Shown piece after piece: positions 1 through 11,760 of a DNA stretch of 64,000 bases. Every line of letters starts with the position of its first letter. Position 1 is the first letter of the stretch. This stretch comes from Gnetum montanum (Eukaryota > Plantae > Gnetophyta), in contig MNCI01002294.1 of the NCBI GenBank assembly GCA_015680685.1, forward strand, positions 305,926 to 369,925, written 5' to 3'. The position numbers and the translations under genes were made by a program. Under the pieces are notes generated by a model that searched no databases, had not been told where the DNA came from, and saw nothing but the letters and a program-made list of their open reading frames with translations.

Positions 1-3000
1 TGACTTAAAACTGATACCACATATGGTCCTGGAGACATGACGATAAACTGACACCATAGAGCTCCATCCGGTATGACACTAAACTACCACGTCTGTCCAC
101 CATGACGTGAAACTAGCATCTAGAGTCCACTAAGACTATAAACTGGTTTGCCTCTTTACAGTTTGCTACGACTATAAACTAGCAATGCACCGTCCATTAC
201 GACGCTAAACTGGCACTGTCCAAGGGGTTACGACGTGAAACTAACCCACAACAATCCGCTAAGACTATAAACTAGCAACATCATCAACGACCAGGCAAAA
301 ACTTGAAAAGATGTGTTGCTGCAATTGGCTGTACATGTTCCACAAAGACTTGCTACATGATTTGTCTCATGGACACTAATGAAGCTGATGTTGTTCATAA
401 TTCTGCTTGCTTTAACATTGCACGTGGTGACTCCATCTCCTTGTTTAAAGTGCTTAGCTAACCTTTTCATTTGTGGTTTTCTTGTCTTCTTAGAGTTGTG
501 TTTGCAGGATGACACTCCTTAAGCGTTCGTACATAGATTCACTTCATCATGACGACAAGGTATCACATTCTTCTTGATGCACGTAACTGGTTTGATCAAT
601 CCGTTCATAAGTACATTCCCAACTCCTAATACATCCCCTATTTCCCCATCATGTCCTAATTATCTTATTCAATTACACCCCTGGATACATTCCACTCAAT
701 TCAAAACTCTTGATACACTATTCCACACTGTGACTCTCTAAGCAGTTGCAACGCAAAACACAGTACATAGTACATGATGCAAAACGCAAGCGCTCAAATA
801 GGAGCATGGCACAAAGAAGCAAGATCTTTCAAAAAGACCAAGAAAATAAAAAAATAAAAGAAAAGAAAAAGACAAAAGAAAACAAAAACAAAGGAAAAGA
901 AGAAACAAACAAAAAAAAGAACAAAAAGGTCAAAGAGCAAAATGCATAGAAAAGGTCTTCATGACCCCGTTGACATCATAAACAATTGGCTACTCTCAGA
1001 CAAGCCCCAGGTGAGAAGGCAATTGTCTTAGAAAACAGTTACACTCATGTCTCAAAGAGACCATGTTGTGCATCATCGCATGGCTTTGGCTGTTTACAAC
1101 GGGCCCTGCAAATACTCTATAAGAGTCCTGTTTCTCCAAAGAATGCACCTCCTATGTCTTGGTTCCAAGTCTATTGAAAAAAATGGCTATTGACAAAGGT
1201 CAATGACATAACTTGTTCACGTGAGAGCATTCCTCTCCCACAATTCCAATAGTAATTATCACCCTTAACCAACTCCTGGCTTCCCCTAGTTACAACCAAT
1301 CCCCTCCCCTTACATCTCAAACTGCATTTCCCCGATCCCATGTACTTTTGGACATGGTGCAATGACATCCAACCAAGGGCCAATAGACAATGCTTGGTAC
1401 TTGGTTGTTCATGGTGTTTTGCACTTCTTTGTCAATGCCTCTCAGGTAGATTCCTCTAGACATTAACAAAGAGGGGCCAATGAAACACCACTAATTTTGG
1501 CCCAGCACTATGAAACGAGGACGACCCAAGCCCTCCCCGACATCCAAGAGGCAAAATTTGGCTAAGGCATTGAGCTCACTCCCAGCCTGCCCAAGGCAGT
1601 TTGCTTACCTTCAGCATGAACATCTCCAAACAGCGTCAAAATCAAGATCAAAGTGTAGGGCACGCTATGGTCACGCTGCATGAGTCTAGCGCGGCCAACT
1701 TTCATAGCCTCCAAACTGAGTCAAAATGACTTGGTTTCGAACGTGCAGGTCATCCTCGGGCTCAGCATCGACAATCTCCAACTTCAAACTCTAGCCTCGA
1801 GAAAATTCAGTTTTAATATTCAAAAATTGCAGTTTCTGTAGGTCACGCTGTGGTCACGCTGCAGCATGACCTCCAGCGTGACCTACTCCAAGTAACTCAA
1901 AACCAGACACATTCAAGCTCAAAATTCCACATTCTAGATCACCCTCAAGGTCACAAGGCAGGCAACAGTCACACTTCAAGAATCAGGCTTCGAAATCCAA
2001 ATTTGGTGTCAAAAGGTCTCATTTCCCTCCCTCACGTTGAAGGTCATGCTAGGCGTGAGTGCAGCGTACACACGCTAGCATGCTGGCACTCACGCTAGAG
2101 GTCACACTGGGCATGAGTGCAATGTCAACACAAATGAACTCATGCTGAAGCTCAACTCAGCTCACGCTGGAGGCACATCCACTCACGCTAGAGGCTTTAG
2201 CAAAACAGAAACACCTCAAATAACCACGGAACCCCTCAAATCGACATCCTATAGCAGTCAATTTAGGGACCAAGAAGTTTCAAGCGAGTCGGAGTCAATC
2301 CCTTTGATCTTCTTTATAAATTTTCTTCATTTGTAGGCATGTCGAGCCCTCATGGTCTAAATTGTATGTACTCCCATGGGCTTGAGTAATCCACGAGTTA
2401 TAAAATGCAATGTACCTGGTCAAGAACGTAGCTTGCCGACACACATCCAACTCATGCACAACTGTCCACCGGACACATGTCACTTGATCCGTTTTTCTCT
2501 CATCCCTCGACCATTGATTCCATTCTTGAATTCTGCACCTAAGCTCGGCCCAGCCCTATAAATACCCTGTCAATTCACATAAGCCGGGTTGGCAATTTTT
2601 GAGTTAAACAGCTTGAAAAACTCAGACCAATGATCCTTGGGCGCTTGGCACACTCTGACTCCTAGCATCCAACCACTTCTAAAATAGACTGCATCACATC
2701 ACATCATATCATATTGCCCTGGGGCTTGGCGCTTAACTTGCCATCTGTAGCTATGCTTTGACCGGTGCACATATTTTCTATGCAATATAATACAGCTCAT
2801 TTTGCTAGCCATTATTTTCTGTTTACTCTATTTTACATTCAGTTTATATTCTGTTTACAATACCAGTTTTCTACATGTGTTTCCATTTACGTTTCGTGCG
2901 TGTTGTTTACGTTTTGAAACATTAGTTACGATAACCCCAGCGCAAGCCGTAGTTTACGCTCGGGGAAGTCCTTGGTTGATTTGCGTGCAGACCATCCAAG

Positions 3001-3072
3001 GCACTCTACCTTCATTTACTTTTCCAACTTTCCCTCGAGGCAAAGGCAGGGTCAGCTGTGTCTGCCCGAACG
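1..3072 (+). mobile_element. 3' end of an Ogre/Tat-like Ty3/gypsy element (3' UTR, PPT, 3' LTR ~1481-3072), abutting an Athila-like element
   Basis: PPT-like AACAAAGAGGGGCCAA is followed by TGAAACACCAC at 1481; TATA-like CTATAAATA near 2557. Positions ~380-1490 are homologous to ~54200-55095. Homology to the Athila-like family starts abruptly at ~3073. The right end reads ...CCGAACG rather than ...CA. Confidence 0.6.
2..273 (+). repeat. Array of 9 GAC-N3-AAACT cores with variable spacers, in the 3' UTR of an Ogre-like element
   Basis: Cores start at 2, 39, 75, 104, 134, 170, 201, 232 and 263 (period 29-37 bp); spacers are largely dissimilar. The array may continue upstream of the window. Confidence 0.85.
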
Positions 3073-4741
3073 ATCAATTATGTGAATAGTGAGCCCATTA
3101 CACCCACTCATCCATTCTACAAATAAGAGGTTTTGTCAAGGGTACAGTGATATTCTTGACATTCTTAAAACTTAAAATTAATTTTGTGTTCATTGTACCT
3201 AGAATGAAGAAGGATGGATCAAGAGGAAATGATTAGGGTGTGACACCAAGGGGACTTGCAGGTTCTCTTTGGTGACATCTATGGGAGTTATCATGCAACG
3301 TGGTTGTACAAAGATCCTTGTAGATCTAACGAAAAATGGGAGTAAGAGTAATCAAAGGGGCACTCAAAAATCCAATGCTGTTCTAGGGGGTTCCACTGGA
3401 AAGACATGCAACCATGCCTGAAGGTTGGTGGCTTCTCTGGATCCAGCAATCAAAAAAAAAGAAAAAAAAAAAGAAAAACAAAGGAAGTGCCACAAAACAA
3501 AAATCACTCCTCCCTCAAACAAAATGCCAAATGATCATACGCCTTCTTGTTATGATACTCTCATAGTCGCTCATCATGGGATGAAACAATGTGGTGTCAC
3601 TGATCGGAGAAATGGGCTTGGTCCTGATCTTGGAATGACGGGTTAATGACACATTAATCATGCTTTACACACAGGATTCATTATGCCCTAGGTCAGTTTC
3701 CTCATGTCCCAATCTCTGCAATCCCTTCTATACTTCGTCTCATCTCGTTGTTATGTAATTGTAGCTTGTGTCTTGTGTAGCGTAGAATTCTTACCTCATC
3801 CCGGTGATACTTACATGTCTGTGTTTTGTGGTACTAGTGAGGATTACATTCAACCCTTTGAATGCCCATGGACACTTTTAAGTGTGATTACGCAAGGGCA
3901 TTATAGGTTGGAACCTGCTTTGGGGAGGATCCACTTGCATAATTTTTTAATTTGCACTCATAATCCATCTTCCACACATCATTTATTACCCTCAGCATAT
4001 TGTCAACAATGTTCTTTCCCTTATTACTATCCCTCTGAATTCCAACGTTCCTATGAACCATCACATGCCCTTTTTCTCTTCCTTACCACCACATATCATT
4101 ATTCGTGCCTTCAAAACTAACTAAATTACCCTAGAACCCCTTAACAATAGCCCAATGTCCTAAGTTTACAACATCAATTTCAAGAAAATCTTAAAAAAAT
4201 CGGTATCTTTCATTGTGCCCAATATCAATAAAGCTGAGATATTGTGTATGCGATATCGCGTCCCTTCAAGCTATATATANNNNNNNNNNNNNNNNNNNNN
4301 NNNNNNNNNNNNNNNNNNNNNNNNNNNNNNNNNNNNNNNNNNNNNNNNNNNNNNNNNNNNNNNNNNNNNNNNNNNNNNNNNNNNNNNNNNNNNNNNNNNN
4401 NNNNNNNNNNNNNNNNNNNNNNNNNNTGGGGGAGGGGCACACACTAAATAGCATATAAATTTTTTGAAATTCATCATCACCCGAAGGACATCTTTAAGGG
4501 TAATTAGTTGTAAAATTAAGAATAAAATGTGTCAAAAACAATTTCATCCCCTTAGCTATACCAAAAAATTAAATTTGGAAACCACCTAAGCAAAGAGAAC
4601 TCAACATTATAATCTTTCGGGGACATGTTCTTCTAATAATTAACATCACGCAGAAATAAAGTAAATCTATTAAGGCAAGCAGCAAGGTATAACCTAACTT
4701 TGGTAACGACCTTACTAACGATTGGCCCCGTGTGATTGCAG

Positions 4742-5724
4742 ATGGCCCCGAAACGAGGACAACAGGAAGGTCCTACTCAAGGTGGGAGCAAATGACTTAG
4801 GAGAGGAGGAAGGCAAGATCCTGCCAGACAACATGCAGAGCAGGAAGAACAATCATTTAGCATCCACCAAGAGGACCCTACTACTGTACAATGAAGGCAG
4901 GTAGAAAGAGGAGCGGCTGCTACGGCTGAACAAGGACAACATCTCAGGTTACCCCAGGATTGTGTTCAGGCCATTCACGAGAAGTCCACATTCACTGCAA
5001 TGATTGTGGAGTTAAACTTTGGATCGTTTGCAAAGTTTGCTCTGGAGGCCGTTAGGGATCACCTCATAGGGTCCCCGTTATGGCCTATCCTCTCTGAAAG
5101 CGGTGCCTGGTACTTAGGGGAAACGTATCAATTTTGGCACAATAAAGAACAAGGCACCACGGTTAACATTTGTGGTGTGACCATTGACATCTTTATTTAG
5201 GCCATTTTGGAAGTATTAAACCTTCCGAATACAGGGCCCAAGGTTGCTCAGTTGTTTACCCATTCAGACCCCGATGTGCGATGAGTTTGGTTGGAAAGCA
5301 CATATGGCAAGGAAGATAAGACGTTTAGGGAGTTGACGACGAAAGAGAGGATCTATTTCAAAATTGGAATGTATCACCTCTTCCCCACGAAGGGCTTAAA
5401 AAGGATTTCAACATATGTGGCTAGGGGATGTGCAGTGTTGATGGGGAAGGTTAATGCTAACCTACCTCATCTATATTTTACGGAGATCCTGAGGCGATTT
5501 GAAGAATGGAAAATAGGGAAGATGGCGTTGCCCTTCCCTTGCCTTATCATGAAGCTGTGTCGACTCCATCAAACATCGGAACATTAGCATGGACAACGCA
5601 AGACCCCCAAACCGAAGAGGAGAAACTCCAGGCCATACTTCAACGCCATCAAGTCCCAAGACCTGGAGCACAAGACAAGGTAAAAGCACCCATGGAGGAG
5701 CCACCGCCACCAGGAACTACATGA
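4742..5724 (+). pseudogene. Athila ORF2 / env-like ('putative plant transposon protein', PF20167-like) remnant
   Basis: YLGETYQFWHN...VNICGVTIDIF..ILEVLNLP and LPFPCLIMKLCR resemble the recalled LVREFYAN..VRG..LP and LPFPSLITxLC motifs of Athila ORF2; stops and frameshifts are present. Confidence 0.7.
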
Positions 5725-5915
5725 GTTCCATCAATTTTATAGTTGTAGGATTTTCTTTAGCATTCTTTGTGTTGTGTCTCAATTTTGTTCTGATTCCACA
5801 CTGCGGCATGCATCCATTCTCACCATTCAATAATCCCATACCTATCCACTATGTAATCAACGAAGCTTGTTCTCACTGTAACTCGAGGATGAGTTTTCAT
5901 TCAGTCGTGGGGGTA

Positions 5916-6706
5916 TGATGAGTTATCATTTCGTTGGCCACGATATCACATACACGATATCGTAGCCTGTCTCCTCATCTATAAATAAGAGGTAGACAAA
6001 TAGAGTAGAAAATGATTAGTTCTTAGTTTAAGTGTTTAGTTTTAAGTAGTTCTTCTCTTAACCCTTCTCTCCCAGTGTATGCCTGTAGTGTGGTGATTGT
6101 AATTGTATGACATCCTTATTCAAGTGTGACGTACTTGGACACGCACATGATCAGAAATAAAGATTGAGATTACTTCATCATTGTAACGTTCACTTAGTTT
6201 AATTATTTATTTAATTGTTATTTACTGCTTTCTTAGTTAATATCTCCTCACCCTGAACTCCTGTTAACTGCGGAATGAGTACAACTTGATTACAAACATT
6301 TAAGTGTGACTACTTGGTAACCCAGTAGCGTACCTAGGATCTGCGCTTGATAATCCTCGTGGTAGTCGTGCACGAGGTCCAAGATGTGTACAGATGATTG
6401 AGGAACGAATGCTCATCGCACTTAGGCTAGCTTAGATTCTCTCTCACCCTTTCTCTCTTAGCTTAGCTAATATTATTTTCCATTATACCCAGGAGTAGCA
6501 TTAGCATAGGAACACATCATACACCTCATTCTGGACTAAACCATACGTGATAAAGTTAACACTAGTCCAGATGGGAAGACAGCGAACTGCGACCTAAGGA
6601 TAACTGTCTAGATACCACAACTAATCCATTTGTGGAGTTCGACCGGATCACGCATGAAATGCTCGTATTCATATGGTTGAGTGTAGGTGTACCTCACCAC
6701 TCATCA
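5916..6706 (+). repeat. 3' LTR of Athila-like copy A1
   Basis: 8-bp terminal inverted repeat TGATGAGT/ACTCATCA; homologous to 22088-23009. Confidence 0.9.
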
Positions 6707-6715
6707 TACTCCAAT

Positions 6716-7168
6716 TGACTCCATGGCTTCGTTGATGCAGATTTGGGCAATGATAATGATAGTAAGAAATCTACTAGTATACATGTGCTTAATCTTTTTG
6801 GTGGTGCTATTTCTTGGAAAAGCCAAAAACAATCTTGTTTTGCTTAATTTACCACTAAAGTTGAATATGTTGCTGCTAACTTGGCATGCAGAGAGGTTAT
6901 ATGGCTTCAAAGCCTAATAGTTAAACTTGGCATCACTCACACTCGGATTAATATTAGTTGTGATAGTCAAAGTGCCATAAGCATATCCAAGAATCCAACT
7001 TTTCATGTCCAAATGAAGTAATTGAAATATAGTATCACTATATATGGAAAGACATTAAAAAGTAAAGGATTCTTCTAAATAAGATATCTACTGAAGCAAT
7101 TCACCAAGTCAAATCCTACTGAAAAGTTTCTCTAGTGCCGTTCAACATGTGGTCTTCTTCAAACCTAA
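6716..7168 (+). pseudogene. Ty1/copia RNase H remnant
   Basis: Manual translation: LHGFVDADLGNDNDSKKSTS...GGAISWKSQKQ...VEYVAA...CDSQSAISISKNPTFH, with stops and frameshifts. Confidence 0.9.
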
Positions 7169-7225
7169 TTTCTTAAAATGATCTAGACTATTCTTCAAAT
7201 CAATTTTACCTTCAAGAGGGAGAAT

Positions 7226-7681
7226 TGTAAAGTGGATGAAGGGATAAAGACAAATTTGCCTTGATTTTCTCCACCGCAGATATTCCCGCATCCAGTATGC
7301 TATTTTTTTTATTCTTATTTTTATCTATTTCATATTTCCTTTGTTTTGATTTTTGTTTTTGTACCAATCCACACCAAGAATAAATTACCTTATCCCCTTT
7401 TATTTTGGGTTTATTTTTGTAACTAAACCAATATATAAGGAGCCCTAAAGGAGTATCCTTAACACAATAATTACCAATGCTTAAGTTCCAATCCTCACTT
7501 GCAATTCTTCTCCATTGTATTCATTAATTCTCTCTGTGCTTCAATCTTGAATTTGTGCTGCTGCTAATGATCTACACAATAATTACCAATGCCTAAGCTA
7601 CAATTCTTACCTGCAATTCTTCTCCCTTGTATTCATTAATTCTCTCTGTGCTTCAATCTTAAAACTGTGCAGCTGCTAACA
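7226..7681 (+). repeat. Copia 3' LTR with an internal 112-bp tandem duplication (7462-7573 / 7574-7681)
   Basis: PPT AAGAGGGAGAAT followed by TG at 7226; TATA-like TATATAAG near 7433; ends ...CTAACA. Confidence 0.65.
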
Positions 7682-8739
7682 GTCTAAGAACTCTTTTTTT
7701 GCTGAAAATTTTCATCTTGAAGATTTTTCCCAAGATAACTGTCTTGCAAATTTTTGCATTAATCTTCGTTTTATCTAAAAAATAGAAAAAATTATTAGTA
7801 TTGTATGCCAAAGACCAAGAATAACAAGTTTATAAAAACGGAAAGAAAACAAAAAAAAAAAGTGGGTTGCGTTTCTTATCGTCTACCTTCCATGGACTTC
7901 CATTTCCATAAGAGCGTCACGTACCATGTAAAGTGGGGACGAAGCTAGAAAGGCTTGAATTCTGATATTCATTTATTTTTTAATAAAAGTGCATATCAGC
8001 ATCGATTTTTGGTCACAACGACACAAAGTGCTCATCCCTCGCATCGGACAATCGAAATACTGTTCTCTCTGACCGCACACATTTTTATCAAGCAATTGTC
8101 ATCCCCTGACAAAAAGGAGGTTTAGCATTATTTAAGTTCGTCGAACAGAACAATGGTTGAAAACGCGAAACGAAATTATAAATCACATATTTGTGCTTGA
8201 ATCAATTTTCAATGACTTAAATATTTGACATGAAAAAAATTTACCTCATGCATATTTTAAAATCACAAGTCACAAGAAAACTGACTTTTCTAACGTAATT
8301 AGGCCGCTTATTGAGAGAACAAAAGCATAAATTACAATGGAACGCAACGGTAAACAATCACTATCTCTCTCTCTCAGTTGCTGTGCGCTAGTGTAATTAA
8401 TGTATTGTTTGTTGATGCATTTGAGATTAACCAAAAAGAATAATTAATTAATACATTGTACATAGAAACTTCATCCAATAAACCACACAGCCTAAGCATT
8501 GGAATTGGAATTGCAATCTGATTGTGGAACGACACTCAACACCATATCCTCGTAACATATGTATTTAGCAGTGCAGGAAGAAAGAACGCAAGCAAGCACA
8601 TTCCCACATATATTCTTCGCAGAAGGAACAAAAGAGCTATACGTTTAAAAGCATTTTTTACAGGCACACATAAGCCAGCATATAACAAGCATCTCCATCT
8701 ATGTATATATAAATCACCATGGTTGGTTGGTTGGTTGGC

Positions 8740-9042
8740 TCAATCCTTTTTGGATGTTGATTTGTTGATGAGTGACTTGTGAATATGGGGAATGACTCCT
8801 CCACCGGCAATTGTACCCTTTATCAAAGTATCCAGTTCTTCATCTCCTCGAATGGCAAGTTGAAGGTGCCTTGGTGTTATACGCTTCACTTTCAAGTCTT
8901 TGCTTGCGTTTCCTGCTAATTCAAGCACCTCTGCAGTCAAGTATTCCAAAATAGCAGCAGAATACACCGCTGCTGTTGCACCTACTCTGCCATTTGCTGA
9001 AACACGCGACTTTAACAATCTGTGGATTCGTCCAACAGGAAA
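8740..9042 (-). CDS. H2A.Z: Histone H2A.Z (HTA9-like), last coding exon
   Basis: [94 protein letters not shown] is diagnostic of H2A.Z; acceptor TTTCAG ends at 9043; TGA at 8740-8742. Confidence 0.98.
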   Translation of the reverse strand, partial: FPVGRIHRLLKSRVSANGRVGATAAVYSAAILEYLTAEVLELAGNASKDLKVKRITPRHLQLAIRGDEELDTLIKGTIAGGGVIPHIHKSLINKSTSKKD

Positions 9043-10713
9043 CTGAAATGTGTACAAACAAACAACCAACCAACCATTTATTTACTAATACTTTCTTTCA
9101 GCATGCTATCAACGACATTTGTGAATAATTCAAATAAGCACATGTAGCAAGCACTGAATCCTTAGAGCATGCATTGGAGTAATTAACAAGAAAATGAAAA
9201 TGTGGAGAATGTTTTATACAAGATTGCTAAACATTAGCAAGAAAACCTGAGTAAGACATTCACAACTGAATCGTCATGGATAATAGAATTCAGTTCAACC
9301 ACAAGAAAAATATAGTGGAGACGCATATTAAGAATACTTTATAAATTATTTGTAACAGTGAACCCACCAAAGTTGGAAAATTCAGGACCCAGAGGAATTT
9401 TTTAATTTGGTATTACAAAGCATTATACGCCACCTTGTACCTTCCGTATAAAGCTGAATCTAAAGTTTCTTTTAGAACATACTCAGAAAGCCTACTGGAT
9501 CCACCAGAGAATATATTATTCAGTTTGACCTATATATTTTGCATAATTTCTTTGTATTTCAACATAAACCTAGAAATATTTGAAAACGTAGCAGCAGCAT
9601 TATATTCAGAGTTATTCCCACATACTTCACAAACTCTTAAAGATTTTCTGATAAAGGAAATCCTCAAGATGTTCTTACAAGGGTCTATATATGCTCCTGC
9701 TTAGTTGGATTTGGTGACATGCCTTTGCTGCAATTAATAGGCAAACGCCCAAAGACATGTCTCAGATTCCTGGTAATTATTACACTACACGTGAAGATCA
9801 ACTGGCCTAGCTTTTACCATCCCAGGATTACATGACTCGGGTCTTTGTCTGGGACTGACCCAAAAAATCAGTTAGGGATTTAAAACTTTTCTTTCTTTCT
9901 TTCTTGTACATTCATGCTTGATAGTTGATAGAGTTTGCGTTGTTTCACTGCCTTACTATTAACTATCAAACTGCAACTTAATTTATTTAACAGAACTCAA
10001 TTTTAGCCATTTATTTTGCAAGATTCTTTTATATCTCAGTATAAGCATTAATATCAATCCTATCACCTGAGGATGCAAGTCACGAGTCTTTACCAACAAG
10101 CTGCAGCTCATTAAGGCAAGCAAGCATGATAAAGATCCAACAATTGCCCTTTCGTTATTGTTTGTTAATGTTTAAAACAGAGCATACTCTGCATTTGTTT
10201 CATATGCCAGAGACCAATTATACGTCACGCAAAGCTTTTTGTTATATCAAAGTTGGCTTCTAGGATAGCATCCTCTTAACAAAATTTTCAAACAAAGTCA
10301 TCGGCAAAATTCCTGGCAGCTCAACTTGACTGCACAATTGCATGAACATACTTTCAAAATGGTAAAGTAAGCACTGCATTTTCTCCACATAGATACCCAC
10401 TGCGGAAAGGAATGCTACAGAGCAGGCAAAAGTGATATACAAGTGGTTGTCCCAGTCAAAACACTTATATCAAACAGCTGAAATCACTCTGTTAAAAATA
10501 AATGTAAGCAGAAAGAAAAACTGAAGTCAGTATGTAGGGAGGAAACATGTGTAACGTTGTTACAAAGCCATTTAAAAAGCATTTGAGCAGTAATGAACCT
10601 TGATCATTCAAAAATCAAATATGAGATTTTTTAGGTGAAACATAAAAAATCCAAAAAGAAAAGAGAAATTGCTAAGTTCCAATCAAGGAAAGAAAGGATG
10701 ATGAGAGACATAC

Positions 10714-10827
10714 CTGTAAACCAGCCCTGGCAGATCTTGATACGGGCTTCTTTTTGTCCTTCTTTTCTGCGTCTGATGATTTTCCCATCAACAGGCCCTT
10801 GGCACCCTTGCCACCTTGGACAACCAT
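10714..10827 (-). CDS. H2A.Z: Histone H2A.Z (HTA9-like), first coding exon
   Basis: MVVQGGKGAKGLLMGKSSDAEKKDKKKPVSRSARAGLQ followed by donor CAG|GTATGT; phase-0 1671-bp GT-AG intron (9043-10713) at AGLQ|FPVG; 138 aa in total. Confidence 0.95.
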
Positions 10828-11760
10828 TCTGCTATACCTATACCTTTGTTCAAAATTCTGAAATGTAAAGCAATGAGAAACCATGAAACTTGCTGTAAAT
10901 AACCCGCAGACACAGGTGTAGTTTTAGAAAAAAAGCAGCAAAACCATAATTAACACAGCCCTCCCTCCCTCCCTCCAAATTCAAAATTACAGCATTTTAA
11001 CCCCAATATTCCTTCATGTTCATGCTCAGTTCCATCAAACTAACAGAGATAACTAAGCATCCAACTTACTGGAGATTCCCATGTTCCCACTTGAAAAACA
11101 AAATCCCAGTTCGTGAATACCTTACGAAATACCTAACGCCCGCCCGCCCGCCCGTCTGCCTATTCTGCAAAATTCTTTGCAACAAAGAATCAATCTCGGT
11201 TTTGGTTTTGCTAAAATCGGGGCAACAATCAAACGCCGATCCCAAACAACCCTTTATCCGAGAAACTGCACAGGAAAACAAAGGAAAAGAGATCTGGAGT
11301 ATGCCAATATTTCAACTACGGGTTAACCGTAAATTCGATATCAAACTTCATTCTCAGGAATCAATCCATTCATGAAGAGCAATCAAACAAAACCAAGCCA
11401 AAATAACTCTCCACAGGACAGGTTATGCCTAACCAAACCTAACCCATCTTTCAAGCAATTACACGTGGAAGGAATCTGGAACGATGTATCGAAATTGCGT
11501 AAACATTTAATATTTTTGTTTTCCCATAAACTGCTAGCCCAGCCCAACCCAGATAGAAAGGTTTTTTACGTGTAAGAAGCTACGTTCCCTGCTCTGTTGT
11601 GTGCGTTTTTTTTTAAAAAAAAAAAAAACAATGTCGTCGTCCGTAACGAGCGAGGGGCTGCGCTAACTCAGGCAATTATAAGAAATATTACGAAACGAGA
11701 GCAGCGTCATTTGACGGCTTCCAAGGATGTTACGCGCATGGTTGGAATTTCAGGATTTAA
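10828..11760 (-). promoter_or_regulatory. Probable 5' UTR, leader intron and promoter of H2A.Z
   Basis: Acceptor TTTCAG about 30 nt before the ATG (ends at 10858); candidate donors near 11118-11132; CpG-retaining sequence; site II-like TGGGCT motifs (-) near 11536-11547. The TSS was not located. Confidence 0.5.

Larger units (their letters stand above)
3073..6706 (+). mobile_element. 5'-truncated non-autonomous Athila-like LTR retrotransposon (copy A1)
   Basis: Colinear with ~25221-28462; PPT-like AGTCGTGGGGGTA before the LTR; LTR termini TGATGAGT...ACTCATCA; ORF2 remnant. Confidence 0.85.

Noticed and set aside
2-273. CRISPR array
   Set aside because: The core is only 11 bp with a variable centre, spacers are 18-26 bp, there are no cas genes, and the context is a plant retrotransposon.
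746-949. Lys-rich 67-aa ORF
   Set aside because: Translation of an A-rich low-complexity tract in a TE 3' UTR.
4213-4480. ORFs spanning N runs (also 19693-20378, 23181-23677 and 27883-28173)
   Set aside because: They are open only because N runs contain no stop codons.
8740-9069. Single-exon 109-aa H2A.Z as given in the ORF track
   Set aside because: The first nine residues are intronic; the true N-terminus is in exon 10827-10714.
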